The position numbers and the translations under genes are program-made. From an uncultured Chlamydiae bacterium (GTDB taxonomy: Bacteria; Chlamydiota; Chlamydiia; Chlamydiales; SM23-39), in the NCBI GenBank assembly GCA_963730605.1, contig CAVSSM010000001.1, forward strand, positions 544,001 to 608,000: a DNA stretch of 64,000 bases, in the 5' to 3' direction. Below the pieces are notes generated by a model. The model was not told where the DNA came from. It made no database searches and saw nothing but the letters and a program-made list of their open reading frames with translations. Each line of letters begins with the position of its first letter. Positions within the stretch are counted from its first letter, which is position 1. Positions 39,437 to 49,066 of the stretch are shown in pieces.

Positions 39437-40921
39437 ATGTCCACACCCCGCATCCCACCAACTCCTCCCAATAAGGGCGGCGAACTCGATAAAACGGCCC
39501 CTTCTACCGAGCATAGGAAAGTTGAAAAAGTCGAAAAAATCTCGAAGGTCTCCGAGGTCGACGACGAGTCTCGCGCAAAGCAATTTAGGCAGTTCGTCGA
39601 GTCGGTCAGCCAAGAAGAGGAGTCGGAACTTCCCACGCCCTTCTCCCTGATCACGAAAGGCCGAGTCTCTTTAGTCTCTTCGGAGAGTGTCCTTCCCCCA
39701 TCTCAAGACCCCGCTTTGTTGGACGCGGACGAAAACGCCCTCCCAAGCCCCGGTTCCTTTCCAACTCCCTCGAATTATCTCGGAGGCACGGCACCCCAAG
39801 ACGAAAGCGAGGAAGCCCCTCCGCTTCCTCGGTCGCAGCAATTTTGGGAAAACGTTGAAGAGCCGCCCCCTTCCCAGCCGCCGATGCAGCCTCGCATGGA
39901 AGAAAATCCCCGCTCTGCCTCCCGAGTTTTCTTAAAACCTGAAGAGATGGGACGAAAAGAAAAAATGCCCTCAATGGGCGGCGTTGGCGAGGCTCTGGAG
40001 GGAAAAACTCCGGGGAAAGGGAAAAAGGGCGCTCTTACAGAACCGGCAAAAAAGACACCTTCCCCTTTTGGGCCTCCAGGCAAACCGACGATTGAGGGGC
40101 CAGTCCCGAGAGAAAAAGGCGCCGAAAAGGGCTGGGGATTGATGGTGCCGAAAAAGGGGGAAGAGCAGCCTCTTAAGAGACCCGCAGGGCCGGAAGGGGT
40201 GATTGCGCCCAAAGATGCTGAGGGGGTCAAATATATTGGCCCTCTCGCGGCCGCCGGCGAAGAAAGAATCGGCGGCCAACTTGGTCCTGCCTTAAAGGAA
40301 GAAAGGCCAAAATTGGCCAAAAAAGAAGCCGAAGCGCGCAAGTTGCAAATGGGTGAAAAAAAAGAGGCGCCGCCGCCAATCCAGGAGCCAGAAACAGAAT
40401 GGGGAGGCAAAAAAAGAGGGCAAAAAGAAAAAGAGGAGCCGATGCAGATCGAATCTCCGACAATGACTCCTTTGCCAGACTTCTACTTTCCCATGGCCAA
40501 TGCGGCGGCGGCCGCGGCCAGACCCTATCTCGGACCCGAGGCGCTCTCGATCTATTTTCACATGGTCGGGACCATCACTGCCATGGTCTCCCCTAAAGGC
40601 GATAGCCGCACGGAGTTCGTTTTAAACGCTCCCTCTTTCGCAGATTCCAAATTCTATGGAGCCACGATCTCGATCGAAAGGTTCGCTACGGCTCCCTATC
40701 AGCTGAATATCCTGCTTACAGGATCGAATGAAGCCGTCAATGCATTCAACCAAAATATCCCAAACTTGTACGCGGCCTTCCAAAATGGAAATTTTTCCTT
40801 CACGATCAACCGGATCGAGGTTTCTTACGCAAAGCCGCTCTTCCGGCGGAAAGAATCGGTCGGAGAAAAAGAGGAAAGGGAAAAGGGATTTGGCGGCGAG
40901 ATGGGCGATAGGAAAAAATAA
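39437..40921 (+). CDS. cdsP: T3SS needle-length regulator-like protein
   Basis: Pro/Glu/Lys-rich disordered N-part and folded C-domain (SKFYGATISIERFATAP); synteny. Confidence 0.75.
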   Translation: MSTPRIPPTPPNKGGELDKTAPSTEHRKVEKVEKISKVSEVDDESRAKQFRQFVESVSQEEESELPTPFSLITKGRVSLVSSESVLPPSQDPALLDADENALPSPGSFPTPSNYLGGTAPQDESEEAPPLPRSQQFWENVEEPPPSQPPMQPRMEENPRSASRVFLKPEEMGRKEKMPSMGGVGEALEGKTPGKGKKGALTEPAKKTPSPFGPPGKPTIEGPVPREKGAEKGWGLMVPKKGEEQPLKRPAGPEGVIAPKDAEGVKYIGPLAAAGEERIGGQLGPALKEERPKLAKKEAEARKLQMGEKKEAPPPIQEPETEWGGKKRGQKEKEEPMQIESPTMTPLPDFYFPMANAAAAAARPYLGPEALSIYFHMVGTITAMVSPKGDSRTEFVLNAPSFADSKFYGATISIERFATAPYQLNILLTGSNEAVNAFNQNIPNLYAAFQNGNFSFTINRIEVSYAKPLFRRKESVGEKEEREKGFGGEMGDRKK

Positions 40922-42022
40922 ATGAAGGACGCCCTATCCGCCATTTTACGCAAACTCCCCGGCATGATCGAAGGAGCGGATGAGATCCCCCTTTTCGGCA
41001 AGGCTCCCCCTTTCGACTGGGATCGCCTCTCTGCACTACTCTCCGCCCGGTTCGAAATGAAAGACTTTTCAGTCCGGCCCTCCGAACAGGTTTGGGTAAA
41101 GGGCGAAGATCTCTACGATGGGCTCGGCGCGAATTATTTCTGCACCCCGATTTTTTTAAACCCTCTCGAACCGCCTTTTTATTTCGTCATTCCGAAAGCC
41201 GATAAGAACAAGCTCGCCGCTTCGATGATGCAAGGGAAGGCGAAAACGCAAATTTCCGAGCCTCTGAAAGAAGGATTCTGCCGTTTTCTTATCCTCGAGG
41301 CCCTATCGGCATCGAGCGCCCTCGAACCGATCGCAAAGTTCTCCCCAACGTTAGGCGAAAAGTCCAAAATCCCGGAGGAAAACGCTTTCTGCATCGATGT
41401 GGAAATCTCATTTGGCGAACAATCTTGCTGGTCAAGGCTCATTTTTCCCGAAACGTTTCGAAAAGCCTGGGTTGCCCATTTCGCCATGAACCCATCCGAA
41501 TACGTCACGAGCGATTTGGCCAAAACCGCGGAACTTGTCTTAGGCCTGGAATGCGGGTCCGTCGTTCTTTCCCAAAAGGAATGGGACGATCTCGAACCGG
41601 AAGATTTTGTCGCTTTAGACAAAGGGAACTACGATGCTCGGGAAAATACTGCGATCGCGCTCATGAAAATCGGGACGATTCCCCTATTTCAAGCGAAGAT
41701 CGGGAAAGACAAAATGGAACTGCTCGATTACGCATTCACCCATGAGGAACCTATGGAGCAAAATAACGAAGCCGGCCCTCTCTTGCCAGCGGAAGAAGAA
41801 AGCGTCTCGATCAAGGATCTCCCTTTGAACGTATGCGTCGAACTCGCTCGTTTGAAGATCACGCTGGACCGCTTGATGCATTTGAATCCGGGGAACATGA
41901 TCGAGCTGCCTATCCAACTGGATCAAGGAGTTACTTTGACGGTGAATGGAAAAAAAATAGGGCGCGCCGAGCTCCTCTACTTAGGAGAAGCCCTCGGCAT
42001 CCGGATCCTCGAGCTCGGTTGA
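40922..42022 (+). CDS. cdsQ: T3SS cytoplasmic ring protein
   Basis: C-terminal SpoA/FliN domain (VNGKKIGRAELLYLGEALGIRIL). Confidence 0.92.
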   Translation: MKDALSAILRKLPGMIEGADEIPLFGKAPPFDWDRLSALLSARFEMKDFSVRPSEQVWVKGEDLYDGLGANYFCTPIFLNPLEPPFYFVIPKADKNKLAASMMQGKAKTQISEPLKEGFCRFLILEALSASSALEPIAKFSPTLGEKSKIPEENAFCIDVEISFGEQSCWSRLIFPETFRKAWVAHFAMNPSEYVTSDLAKTAELVLGLECGSVVLSQKEWDDLEPEDFVALDKGNYDARENTAIALMKIGTIPLFQAKIGKDKMELLDYAFTHEEPMEQNNEAGPLLPAEEESVSIKDLPLNVCVELARLKITLDRLMHLNPGNMIELPIQLDQGVTLTVNGKKIGRAELLYLGEALGIRILELG

Positions 42023-42255
42023 TCCTGAGCGGGAAACCGAATCGTGTTGGACTTATGGGTAACGATCAGCCTTAAGAGGGTGTTCACATTTTAACCACCG
42101 AGCCTTGCAAAAATACAGAAATATTTTTAATCCATCTTTCTACCATTTTTGAGTTGTCGATCATTCCGGCAAACGATATGCTTTTATTTCCCTCGCGAAA
42201 GATTGCATAAAACACTACGGTATTTTACGATTCGGAAGAGGTCGCGAAACATTCT

Positions 42256-45200
42256 ATGATTGCTCGGATAAAGGCTTTTTTCATTGCCTTTTCACTCCTT
42301 TGCTCCGTCTCCCTTTTTCCCGAAGATGCGCAGGAGCTTGCTGCGGCGGCTCCAGTAGCTAAAGAGACGCCTGAAACGGCTGCTCAAATGGCAGATGTTG
42401 GGTATACGATCAATTACAATACCGTTTCGATCATCGAATACATCCGCTTCGCAAGCAAAATCTGCAATGTTAATTTTATCTTCAACGAAGCCGATCTCGA
42501 CTTTACGGTAACGGTCGTATCGGACGCGCCGATCACGACGCAAAATGTCATGGGAACTCTTGTTCAAGTCTTGAGGATCCACGGTCTTTCCATATTGGAG
42601 CAAGACAACAACTTGGTGATCCATAAAGCTCCTGAAGTGACCCAGATCGCCACCTTGGTCACGGATCATATGGAAGCGAAAAACGTCCCGATCGTCACCC
42701 GGATCTTCCGGATCAAAGAAGCCAAAGCGGAGGCCATCGCCGGCGTCATCCGGCCGATGATTTCCAATTCGGCCCTCCTCGAGGTGATGCCGGAGACAAA
42801 GCAGATCATCCTGACCGACGTCACCGTCAACGTCGACAAGGTCGCGCTCTTGATCGAAATCCTCGATTCCCCGATCAACCAGCTTGGAGTGCGGATTTAC
42901 ACGACGGTCCATAACTCCCCCGAACACCTCGTGGAGATCGCGAGCCAGATCATGGCTCCGATCGCTCAAGGGAATCCCTATATCCTCGTCCCTCAGATGA
43001 CGGCCAATGCGATCTACATTGTCTCGACGAGCGAACTTACCGACAAAACCCTTGCGATCCTCAAAAGCTTGGATGTCCCTCCACAAAAAGAAATCTCTGG
43101 ACAAAGGAGAGTCAAAGGGGAAAACATCTTCGTCTACAAAGCCGTAAGCCGGCCAAGCGATGAGATCATGAGCGGTCTCTTCAGCATCGCCGAAAATTTG
43201 CAAAAGACTGGAATTCCCGAAGGCGATTTGATCCATACGATCGAGTCGGCCCGTTCGATCAAAGAGACGAATTCCATCATGTTTACCGGGTCGAAAGATT
43301 CGATCGCGAAGGTCAAAGAGTTCCTGACTGCACTGGATGTTCCCGGGACGGCCTTTGCCGTAAAAAGTTCATTTTTCGTCTACCGCCCCAAATACAGGAG
43401 TGCGAAAGAACTCGACTCTTCTTTGAAGGAGACGGCCGAAAATCTCAAAGGGGCTAAAGAGGAAGGAGCCCTGATCCAGATTCTCCAAAGCGCAAAAATC
43501 AATAAGATGACAAACACGATCCTCTTTTCAGGAGACGAGAGCCAGTTCGCCCGTATCAATGATCTCCTCGCCACGCTCGACACCCCTTCCGGGAAAAAAA
43601 TGCCGCAGGAAGTGAAAAACGATTTTTTTCTCTACAAGATCCAACACGCAGATTATCAAGATCTTCAGTCTTCTTTGAAAACATTTGCAAAAAATCTCGA
43701 TAAATCGAACGTCCAAGATGAAGGGCTCATCCATGCCATTGAGGATATGAAACCGATCACCGATACAAATTCCATCCTGTTTTCTGGCCCTGAGCCCGCC
43801 TTGAACAGGTTGAAGGAACTGGTCCCCTCGTTCGATTCAGGCATCGCCTCCATGCCCGTCAGCAATCAGTTCTTGATCTATAAGCCAAAGAACCAAAAGG
43901 GGGACCAGCTTGTAAAATCGATCCAAGAAGTAGCCGGCAACCTCAAATCCGATCAATTCCGCGACCTCGCATTCTTGCGCACTCTCGAGAGCATGAAGTA
44001 TGTCAAAAATACCGACTCTCTCCTCTTTACCGGCGACGCAGCCTCCATAACGCACCTCGAAGATCTGATCGCGAAGATCGATCTCCCGGCAGGGCCAAAG
44101 CATGAAAAGATCCTATGGCTCTATTCTCCTACAATAGCTTCGAGAGAAAAGACGGAAACGTATCTCAAACAACTTTCCACGAACCTTGCCAAGCAGAGCG
44201 AGTCCGACTTGATCCAAGCGATCCAATCGATGAAGTGGATCGACGCTTCCCAATCTTTCTTATTCCAAGGATCGCCAAACGCGATCGGCCGCCTGAAAGA
44301 GGTCATCCAAGACTTCGAGCAGCAGTCTCAAAGCCAAACGAAACCCGGATACTACATCTATAAGCTCCATGCCGCCCCGGGAGATGTGGTGGAAGAGGAA
44401 CTGGATGCGGTAGCCAAAGGTTTGAAAGATAGCGGCCTTCATGATGACAAAACCTTGGCCGTCATCCGGAATATGCGCTATGTGAAAGAAACGAATTCTC
44501 TTCTCCTCACTGGAGATCCCGCCGCGATCGACGCCGTCAAAGCGATGATCGCCGATTATGATTATCCACGGACCGCGGCCAGCCAGATCAACAGCAATTT
44601 TTTCATGTATAAGCCGCAGCATCAGTCGGCCGCCCAGATAGAAAAATCGCTTCATGATATCGGGGAGAATTTGAAAAACGCTGGACTTGCCGATCCGGCC
44701 CTCCTACAAACGATCAATTCGGCCAATTACGTCAAGACGACGAATTCCCTGATCTTTACCGGCAATGCCGATTCGATCCAAAAAATCCAATCTCTTTTAA
44801 AAGAAGTCGATGTCCCTATGAAAGAACACGCCCCGATCCAGCATATTGGCAAAACGACCTTTCTCCTCTACAAGCTGAAAGTGGCCGGAGGTCCTCAGAT
44901 CGTAACCTCGATCAAGACGATGGCGGCCGATCTCAAGAAATCGGGCGGCGCCGATCCGGAGCTCCTCGCAGCCCTGAACACGATGAAATACGTGAAAGAG
45001 ACGAACTCCCTGTTTTTCACAGGCACTGAGGCGGCTCTCCAGAAAGTGCAGTCCCTCGTCGAGCAATTCGATGTCACCTCTCTTGCGGCGGCTCCCCTTA
45101 CGCCTGAAAAACCTCCTCAGCCGGGCCAGACGAATTTTTTCCTTTATAAACCGGTCTCCCTTGCTGCTGCCGACCTCGAAGGCCTCATGTCTGATTTTGC

Positions 45201-46620
45201 CACAAACCTCCATGAGAGCGGCTTGACTGATCCCGACCTGTTCTCTGCGATCACTTCGATGAAGCTAGTCGAAAAAACCCAAAACCTCGTGTTTACGGGG
45301 ACGCCGAAAGCCCTCGATCAAGTGAAAGAAATCTTAAAAGCCTTCGACATCCCCTCCAATTTGGCCCACAAGCCTGTCGTCGGGCCATTAGAACCTTCGA
45401 TCCAGGCGATCGACAATACGAGCTTCCTCGTCTATAAACTGCAATTCCACAAAGGGGACGAGATCCAGGGCGCGTTGAAACAAATTGCCAAGGATCTGCT
45501 TTCGACAAACGCGCCGATCAACCAAAACCTTCTCAATTCGATCAATTCGATCCAATGGCTCGACGTGACCAACTCCCTTCTTTGCTCTGGAACCCAAGAA
45601 ACTTTGATCCGCTTGAAGGAATTGATCAAGAACCTCGATATCCCCTTGAAACAAGTCTTCATTGAGGTTCTGGTGATCGAGACTTCCTTGACAAACGCCC
45701 TTCTCTTTGGCCTCGAATGGGGCGGCAATTACAAATTCAACGACAAGTTCGGCATCAGTTCGTTCAATACCGTCCCGCCCCCGAACACTCAATCGCCTTT
45801 CCCGGATCAATTCGTGAGCAAGCTGTCCAGCCTTACGCCGCCAAGCCAGCAGCCCACCCCGATCGGCAATATCCCCCCGGTCGCTGGATTCGACCTTGGG
45901 GTCATCGGCGAAGTGATCAAACATAACGGCAACACCTTCCTGACCCTCGGTTCCTTGCTGAACGCCCTCCAATCAGACACCGAGACTACGATCATCACCG
46001 CCCCAAAAATCCTCGGTCAAGATGGCCGCACCTCCACCATTTTTTCCGGAGCGAATATCCCCTTTACGGGCTCATTCGTCAACAATACGACAAGCGGCGC
46101 TACGATCTTGACGTCGAACATCGAATACCGCGATATCGGGCTTAACCTGACGATCACTCCGGTTTTAGGCAATTCCGATATCGTTACCCTCGACATTAAT
46201 TTGGACCGCTCCCAGACGGCAACGAATGTCCTCGGTCAATCCCAACTGAACTTCCAGTCCCAAACTGCCAATGGCATCGTCACCAGCAAAACGACCATGC
46301 AGACTACAGTCCATGTCCCAGACCGCAATTTCTTGGTGCTCAGCGGATTTGTGAATAATTCGAATACAAAGGTCAAGCAAGGAATCCCTTGTCTTGGGGG
46401 ACTCCCCATGATCGGCGCCGCCTTCTCGCAGCAAAACGACACCATTTCCAACCAAAACGTCGTTATTTTCCTCAGGCCCTTCATCATCAATTCGATCGAG
46501 GATATGCGCCGCGTGACCTCGGAACAAGAGATCTTCTTTAGAGACTTGTCCAACACTCCATTCCTAGAGCATAATTATGACGATGCGATGGAACTCATCA
46601 AATCAGTCGACGATGACTAG
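42256..46620 (+). CDS. cdsC: T3SS secretin with expanded N-domain repeats
   Basis: Signal peptide, repeated N-domains and secretin core (KQVFIEVLVIET, YRDIGLNLTITP, GIPCLGGLPMIG). Confidence 0.9.
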   Translation: MIARIKAFFIAFSLLCSVSLFPEDAQELAAAAPVAKETPETAAQMADVGYTINYNTVSIIEYIRFASKICNVNFIFNEADLDFTVTVVSDAPITTQNVMGTLVQVLRIHGLSILEQDNNLVIHKAPEVTQIATLVTDHMEAKNVPIVTRIFRIKEAKAEAIAGVIRPMISNSALLEVMPETKQIILTDVTVNVDKVALLIEILDSPINQLGVRIYTTVHNSPEHLVEIASQIMAPIAQGNPYILVPQMTANAIYIVSTSELTDKTLAILKSLDVPPQKEISGQRRVKGENIFVYKAVSRPSDEIMSGLFSIAENLQKTGIPEGDLIHTIESARSIKETNSIMFTGSKDSIAKVKEFLTALDVPGTAFAVKSSFFVYRPKYRSAKELDSSLKETAENLKGAKEEGALIQILQSAKINKMTNTILFSGDESQFARINDLLATLDTPSGKKMPQEVKNDFFLYKIQHADYQDLQSSLKTFAKNLDKSNVQDEGLIHAIEDMKPITDTNSILFSGPEPALNRLKELVPSFDSGIASMPVSNQFLIYKPKNQKGDQLVKSIQEVAGNLKSDQFRDLAFLRTLESMKYVKNTDSLLFTGDAASITHLEDLIAKIDLPAGPKHEKILWLYSPTIASREKTETYLKQLSTNLAKQSESDLIQAIQSMKWIDASQSFLFQGSPNAIGRLKEVIQDFEQQSQSQTKPGYYIYKLHAAPGDVVEEELDAVAKGLKDSGLHDDKTLAVIRNMRYVKETNSLLLTGDPAAIDAVKAMIADYDYPRTAASQINSNFFMYKPQHQSAAQIEKSLHDIGENLKNAGLADPALLQTINSANYVKTTNSLIFTGNADSIQKIQSLLKEVDVPMKEHAPIQHIGKTTFLLYKLKVAGGPQIVTSIKTMAADLKKSGGADPELLAALNTMKYVKETNSLFFTGTEAALQKVQSLVEQFDVTSLAAAPLTPEKPPQPGQTNFFLYKPVSLAAADLEGLMSDFATNLHESGLTDPDLFSAITSMKLVEKTQNLVFTGTPKALDQVKEILKAFDIPSNLAHKPVVGPLEPSIQAIDNTSFLVYKLQFHKGDEIQGALKQIAKDLLSTNAPINQNLLNSINSIQWLDVTNSLLCSGTQETLIRLKELIKNLDIPLKQVFIEVLVIETSLTNALLFGLEWGGNYKFNDKFGISSFNTVPPPNTQSPFPDQFVSKLSSLTPPSQQPTPIGNIPPVAGFDLGVIGEVIKHNGNTFLTLGSLLNALQSDTETTIITAPKILGQDGRTSTIFSGANIPFTGSFVNNTTSGATILTSNIEYRDIGLNLTITPVLGNSDIVTLDINLDRSQTATNVLGQSQLNFQSQTANGIVTSKTTMQTTVHVPDRNFLVLSGFVNNSNTKVKQGIPCLGGLPMIGAAFSQQNDTISNQNVVIFLRPFIINSIEDMRRVTSEQEIFFRDLSNTPFLEHNYDDAMELIKSVDDD

Positions 46621-46622
46621 TA

Positions 46623-46787
46623 ACCTGAGTTTTGGGTTCATTTGTCTATGAGATTCAAGGATATTTCGAGCATATTTTTGCGCTTTGGAGCCGAGAGCAA
46701 TATCGGGACGAGCATCTTGCCGAGGCGAAAAGTCAAAAAGATGCCGAAAGAAATTGAAGCTCAGGCAAATGAACCCAAAACTCAGGT
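46623..46787. mobile_element. MITE family B, copy 3 (165 bp)
   Basis: Same TIR; TSD TAGTA. Confidence 0.92.
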
Positions 46788-47742
46788 TAGTACTCTTTTT
46801 CAAAAGTTTTTATTCCTTGCGGTGCTTATTGCCGCGGCGTCATGCTACCGCGTTACAGACAGCATCGACCCGCATGTGAGTTGGCAGCTGCAAGACCGCC
46901 ACCTTCAGGGGCTCAAGAGCGCCTTTGCCCCCTTCACTCCTGAAGAGAAGTCTGCCGACTGGTCGAAAGAGTGCGTCATCGCCTCTGGTTTCGCTCAGCA
47001 GCTCGATCTTTACCGCGCGATCTCAACCTACAAAAGGGCCGAGATCCTCATTCCTTGCACGGAAACCCAAAGGCAGATCGAGATCCAGTACGACATCCTC
47101 TTTTGCTTGTTTTTAGGCAAGAAATACGACGAAGCGATTGAGACTTTTGAAAAAGGGGGCCTTGCGCATGTGGATAAGACTTTTCCCGCCTACCGCGACC
47201 TTCTTTTAGTCCTTTATGAATGCTACCGGGAGATGGATCATCCTGAAAAGCAAGAACGAATTTATGAACTGATGGTCAAATCCTATCCTGACACGGCCGA
47301 GCAGTTGAAATTATCCCGCGCTATCCGCGAAGGAGAGCTGGCTGAGGTGGATCTTTTTGCCGTTGGATTCAACGGCCCGTCTTACTTAAGCAACCTTCTC
47401 GAAACGTACGACTGCGGGAAAAAGTCAGTCGCCTTGGCCCAAACCCTCAACGCCCTGCTTCCCGGCGCAGGGTATTTATATATCGGTCAAAAAAAATCGG
47501 CTCTCACCGCTTTTTTCCTCAACGGGCTTTTCATCGCTGCGGCCTACGAGTTCTTCCACCACGGCCATACGGCGGGCGGTATCATTACTCTTGGATTCGA
47601 GACGGGTTGGTACTTTGGCGGCATCTATGGCGCCGGAGAAGAGGCGAAATACTATAACGAGCGCCTCTACGAGCGGACCGCCAGCGCCTCCCTCAACGAC
47701 CAGAAACTATTCCCCGTCCTCATGCTGGAGCATTCGTTTTGA
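46741..47742 (+). CDS. TPR-containing putative lipoprotein whose native start (46613) is interrupted by MITE B; current start uncertain
   Basis: FLFLAVLIAAASC lipobox-like signal, TPR-like helices, LLPGAGYLYIG membrane motif. Confidence 0.7.
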   Translation: MPKEIEAQANEPKTQVSTLFQKFLFLAVLIAAASCYRVTDSIDPHVSWQLQDRHLQGLKSAFAPFTPEEKSADWSKECVIASGFAQQLDLYRAISTYKRAEILIPCTETQRQIEIQYDILFCLFLGKKYDEAIETFEKGGLAHVDKTFPAYRDLLLVLYECYREMDHPEKQERIYELMVKSYPDTAEQLKLSRAIREGELAEVDLFAVGFNGPSYLSNLLETYDCGKKSVALAQTLNALLPGAGYLYIGQKKSALTAFFLNGLFIAAAYEFFHHGHTAGGIITLGFETGWYFGGIYGAGEEAKYYNERLYERTASASLNDQKLFPVLMLEHSF

Positions 47743-48125
47743 TTCGCTTCATCCTTTGCTGCCTTCCCTTCTATCTCTTCGCCTACCCTGGGTATTTCGA
47801 GCCCTGGGGAAACGAGTGCGACCTAAAACATCAGGCCGAGGAGAAACCGGCAACCGCCCCTTCGATTGCAACGCAAGTCGCAGATGCGATCATCCGGTTC
47901 CATCAAGAAGTGATCTCCCCTGTCGACGGGCCGAGGAGCCATTACCGGCCATCGTCCTCGCGCTACATGCAGCTTGCCATGCACCGCTACGGCTTTCTGA
48001 AAGGATACATTATGGGGTGCGATCGGCTGCTGCGCGAAAATGACGAAGAGTGGGTCTACCGGACCATTGAAATCGATGGGAAAACCTTCAAATACGACCC
48101 CGCCATAGTGGATAAATACAGATAG
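47739..48125 (+). CDS. yidD: YidD-like membrane protein insertion efficiency factor
   Basis: IRFHQEVISP..YRPSSSRY..GCDRLLR pattern. Confidence 0.75.
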   Translation: MIRFILCCLPFYLFAYPGYFEPWGNECDLKHQAEEKPATAPSIATQVADAIIRFHQEVISPVDGPRSHYRPSSSRYMQLAMHRYGFLKGYIMGCDRLLRENDEEWVYRTIEIDGKTFKYDPAIVDKYR

Positions 48126-48157
48126 CTATCTACGAGTAGGCACGATATCGTCTTCTC

Positions 48158-48925
48158 CTAAATACTCTCCGACCTGGGTTTCGATGGTTGTGAGGGGGGC
48201 TTTTGCTTTTGAGATTTATGTTTAGCATAAAGAAGTCCCACACCGCCGCCAATGAGTCCAATGCCTGCAAGAACTGCACCCATTCCGAAGCTTGTTGGTT
48301 GGGCTGCCTTTTTTGTTTGAGATGCATCAGGTTCATTGTTAGCCATAGCGTCTTTCTTAAAATCCTCTAGCGCTGACTTGAAGTCATCCAACAGAGCCGC
48401 TTGACATTTAAGAACTGAGCGTTTGTTGCATGCGGATTCAGATTCATGGCCTTTTTGCGATACTGATCCATCGGCTTCTTTTAATAAGATTGAATCAGAA
48501 GACTTCCAAGAAACTGGCTTGTTTTTATGAAGCTCAATACGAGCGTTCAAATTTTTCCCTACAATAGGATTGGAACTATAAGAAAAGACATATGGATCGT
48601 CATATGGATTGCACCCTATCGTGAATACATCCTTATTTCTTGTTATCTTAATCTCTAAACTGTATGGAACAGATTCAGTTTGATTTAATTTTATCGCAAA
48701 ATCATTAACGTTATAATTTGCACACTCAGCAAAACACCCCTGATGTTCTATACAGGGATTAGGAAGAACACAGGATTTCAACGAATCACCAAAAACAGCA
48801 GTTAGACTATGAAATGCTTTTGTAACAAATTCATGAACTTTATGGGTTAGAGCGGCTTCTACGATATCTTTATTAGAATATCTTTGATGAAACTCCATTA
48901 ATTTATCAGCGGCATCTATTTGCAT
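48158..48925 (-). CDS. Hypothetical AT-rich protein with C-terminal membrane anchor
   Basis: RBS aggagg; TM segment GMGAVLAGIGLIGGGVGLLY. Confidence 0.7.
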   Translation of the reverse strand: MQIDAADKLMEFHQRYSNKDIVEAALTHKVHEFVTKAFHSLTAVFGDSLKSCVLPNPCIEHQGCFAECANYNVNDFAIKLNQTESVPYSLEIKITRNKDVFTIGCNPYDDPYVFSYSSNPIVGKNLNARIELHKNKPVSWKSSDSILLKEADGSVSQKGHESESACNKRSVLKCQAALLDDFKSALEDFKKDAMANNEPDASQTKKAAQPTSFGMGAVLAGIGLIGGGVGLLYAKHKSQKQKPPSQPSKPRSESI

Positions 48926-49066
48926 GCGATCCTCCTCTTTTTACAAATGATTTTACCAAGAATGCCCAATAACCGCAATCAAGAAACCCTTGGATGAGGC
49001 GGGCAAATAATTCTTGAATCACTTATTACGATCAATTATAATAACATTAAATCAACCAAAAACAAA

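Noticed and set aside
42073..42083. TAAGAGGGTGT as a MITE C scar at the vacated pkn5 position
   Set aside because: The 11-nt match has no partner end; too short to support.
42292..43236. 314-aa minus-strand ORF and other long antisense ORFs in cdsC
   Set aside because: Codon-bias shadows of the secretin gene.
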